Positions 61,989 through 64,000 of a stretch of 64,000 nt of DNA are shown here, piece after piece. Position 1 is the first letter of the stretch, and each line of letters begins with the position of its first letter. The stretch is from NCBI GenBank assembly GCA_049999805.1, contig JBNGIO010006396.1, positions 1 to 64,000 on the forward strand. Reading direction: 5' to 3'. The DNA is from Folioceros fuciformis (Eukaryota). A model generated the notes under the pieces. It ran no database searches, was not told the origin of the DNA, and worked only from the letters and a program-made list of their open reading frames with translations. The translations under genes were made by a program, and so were the position numbers.

Positions 61989-64000
61989 TGTTAGGAGAAG
62001 ATATATTAGGTTATATATATCTTCTTAGTTAAACCTTAACCTATGTGTTAAGTCATATCACCTATAGTCGTTAGGCTATGTTGGTGAACCGTCACATAAG
62101 TCGTATTTAAGACAATTTTGTACTCTGGATATTAATTCTAATCAGTAATGCTTGGTTATCTCTAGCTCTCTCTCTTTATTCATATGGTATTAGAGCTCGA
62201 TGCTCTGCATCCTAAGGAAAGTCTTACATGATGCCGAGACGCACTTTACGTGATGCCGAGACGCACGGGCTGTGTCGAGGCGAGTCATCCCCAAAATAGA
62301 ATTATAATAGGGGATATCAGCCACGAAAAGAAGCACCTCTACCTCTAGATACGGTGCTAGATCTCTACGAGCAAAATTACCCTACTCTCTAGCTACAGAA
62401 GTTTGCTGCAAGACATTCTCGAAGGACACCTTCAACCAAGTGGACATTGAACAAAAATCAGGAAGTAGATAGGCTATATAGGGAACGTTGTGAGGGGGCA
62501 GAACCCATTCCTATACTACAATCCCAAATCACTAGAATCCGCTAGCCTAAATCTACCTCCTAGGTCAAGATCTCTTGCAAGAAACTCGAGTTCTGAAGTT
62601 GGTAGACCAAGTTGTTCTCAACATTCAGCGGCACAACACAACACACCTGTAATTAACCCTCACACGGGTGTACAGATTGTTGCTGAAAAATCACAAGCTA
62701 CTCTCATTCGTGTTGAAAAGGTGTTGTCCATGGTTCTGCAAAATCATACCTTCCTCAAGAACAAAATCCGTAGTCTGGATTCAGTGGCTGAGAGTGCCAT
62801 TCTTTCTTGCAAAGGCCAACTCCAGAAAGACATAAGCAAAATTATTGATATGCTCCAAGATATGGACATCAGTCTTCAAATTCTGGAACAAAACATCTCA
62901 CCCAACGAATCTACATCCGACGCACAGATCCTATAAAGCCTTCTGTTGCAAGGGAGCAAGGAGATCCAAGTGTCTTTCCAATTTCATGAACCTGATCTGA
63001 ACAAGCACATTAGGTTTGATGTCATTTGGGCTAGAACTGCAGTTGCATTGCTTATTGGTTTGCTTGTGTGTGTCCCTTCTCAAGACAATGCCACGTTGGT
63101 CAAATTGACCCAACCGCCCAACTGAAACACCATCAAAAAATTGAACATTTTGTTTAAGGTTTTTGCTTAGGGTTTCTTGTAACGTTTCATGTCAGAGTAG
63201 GAAAAGAAGCTGAGGAGTTTAGCAAGGGTACGGCATAGCATTTAGTTACCCTCAACCCAAGCTAACCTCCCCAGCACCTCTCCCCTGCATACCATGATCA
63301 ATCCCTATTTATAAGCAATATAGCAATACATGAGCACTTAGCTTTGTTTGTGGAGCCATAATTTTCCCACGACTTGCGCAGTATTCATGTCCATCAACTC
63401 ATTGTTGAACTTCTTGACCAGTTCATTTGCACAGCTTAGCCTGCAACCACCCATACCACCTATATTCAAAGTAACTATGGCTACAACTAACCCATCATTT
63501 ACATATGAGATAAAAGAAAAGGACAGGTTTAAGGGGAATGGCTATCATGTTTAATGAGTAAGAATGAAAGCAACCTCACTTGCTCGTGGTGTTTGGAGCA
63601 CAGTCAATAGGACATATGCTAAGCCAAACCCAAATACTAATCCGGCTCATGAGTTGATGTTGCCAAACCCAAAACCCTAAGACCAACATAATGCCATTGA
63701 TGTTGCGCTTCTCATTAACGGACTTGATTCTGATCTCGTCCCCGATGTAAAGTACCTTGACAAGGCAAAAGAGATATAGGATCAACTGGAAAAGACCTCC
63801 AAAGTACAGGATCTCATGACCCTATGTTCTGTAAGACAGGAATTCTACGCCCTAAAAATGAAGGAAGGGGACAAAGTAGCAGCACATACCAGCAAATTCT
63901 GACATCTTAGAGCCCAGCTCATGGCCATGATTGGAGACAAGATGTCGGAGGTAGATGTTATAGCGCAGCTGCTCACATCACTCCCTGCATCCTACCAGAC
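61989..64000 (+). mobile_element. Ty1/copia LTR retrotransposon, 5' part: putative LTR 61989-62182, PBS 62185-62196, extra ORF, degenerate gag 63477->64000
   Basis: TG..CA segment followed by TGGTATTAGAGC (tRNA-iMet PBS with one mismatch). Copia gag motifs ARGVWSTV, AKEI*DQLEK, FYALKMKEGD and LLTSLPASY, with stops. The 3' LTR is outside the window. Confidence 0.8.

Overview
Gene-dense eukaryotic nuclear DNA from an early-diverging land plant. It is most consistent with a hornwort, inferred from ~80-150 nt introns, very short intergenic gaps and PLS-PPR genes with the WW-type PGxSWWTD box. GC-rich gene blocks alternate with AT-rich islands holding transposon remnants, satellites and telomere-like repeats. 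Apparently intact genes: SKP1-like (5' end outside the window), a predicted trypsin-like/alpha-amylase fusion, TerC, ALG13, a 15-exon rhamnogalacturonan lyase, BRUTUS/HRZ, PDK, MDP1, a small plastid-type Cys protein, two long PLS-PPR editing factors with truncated or degenerate DYW domains, a Cys-rich conserved protein missed by the ORF track, a TMEM45/DUF716 protein, GSTF, ClpB3, glyoxal oxidase and NAC-alpha. Decayed elements: PPR, YUCCA and SKP1 fragments, an ATG18 pseudogene, a PIF/Harbinger remnant and a copia element with an extra 5' ORF. The best leads are (1) a ~907-aa spliced fusion of a trypsin-fold pseudoprotease to an intact GH13 alpha-amylase, (2) a uORF whose stop overlaps the BRUTUS start (TGATG), (3) the ALG13-TerC pair only 111 nt apart, and (4) two stages of DYW deaminase decay. 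Family assignments come from motif recognition by eye; no database search was run.
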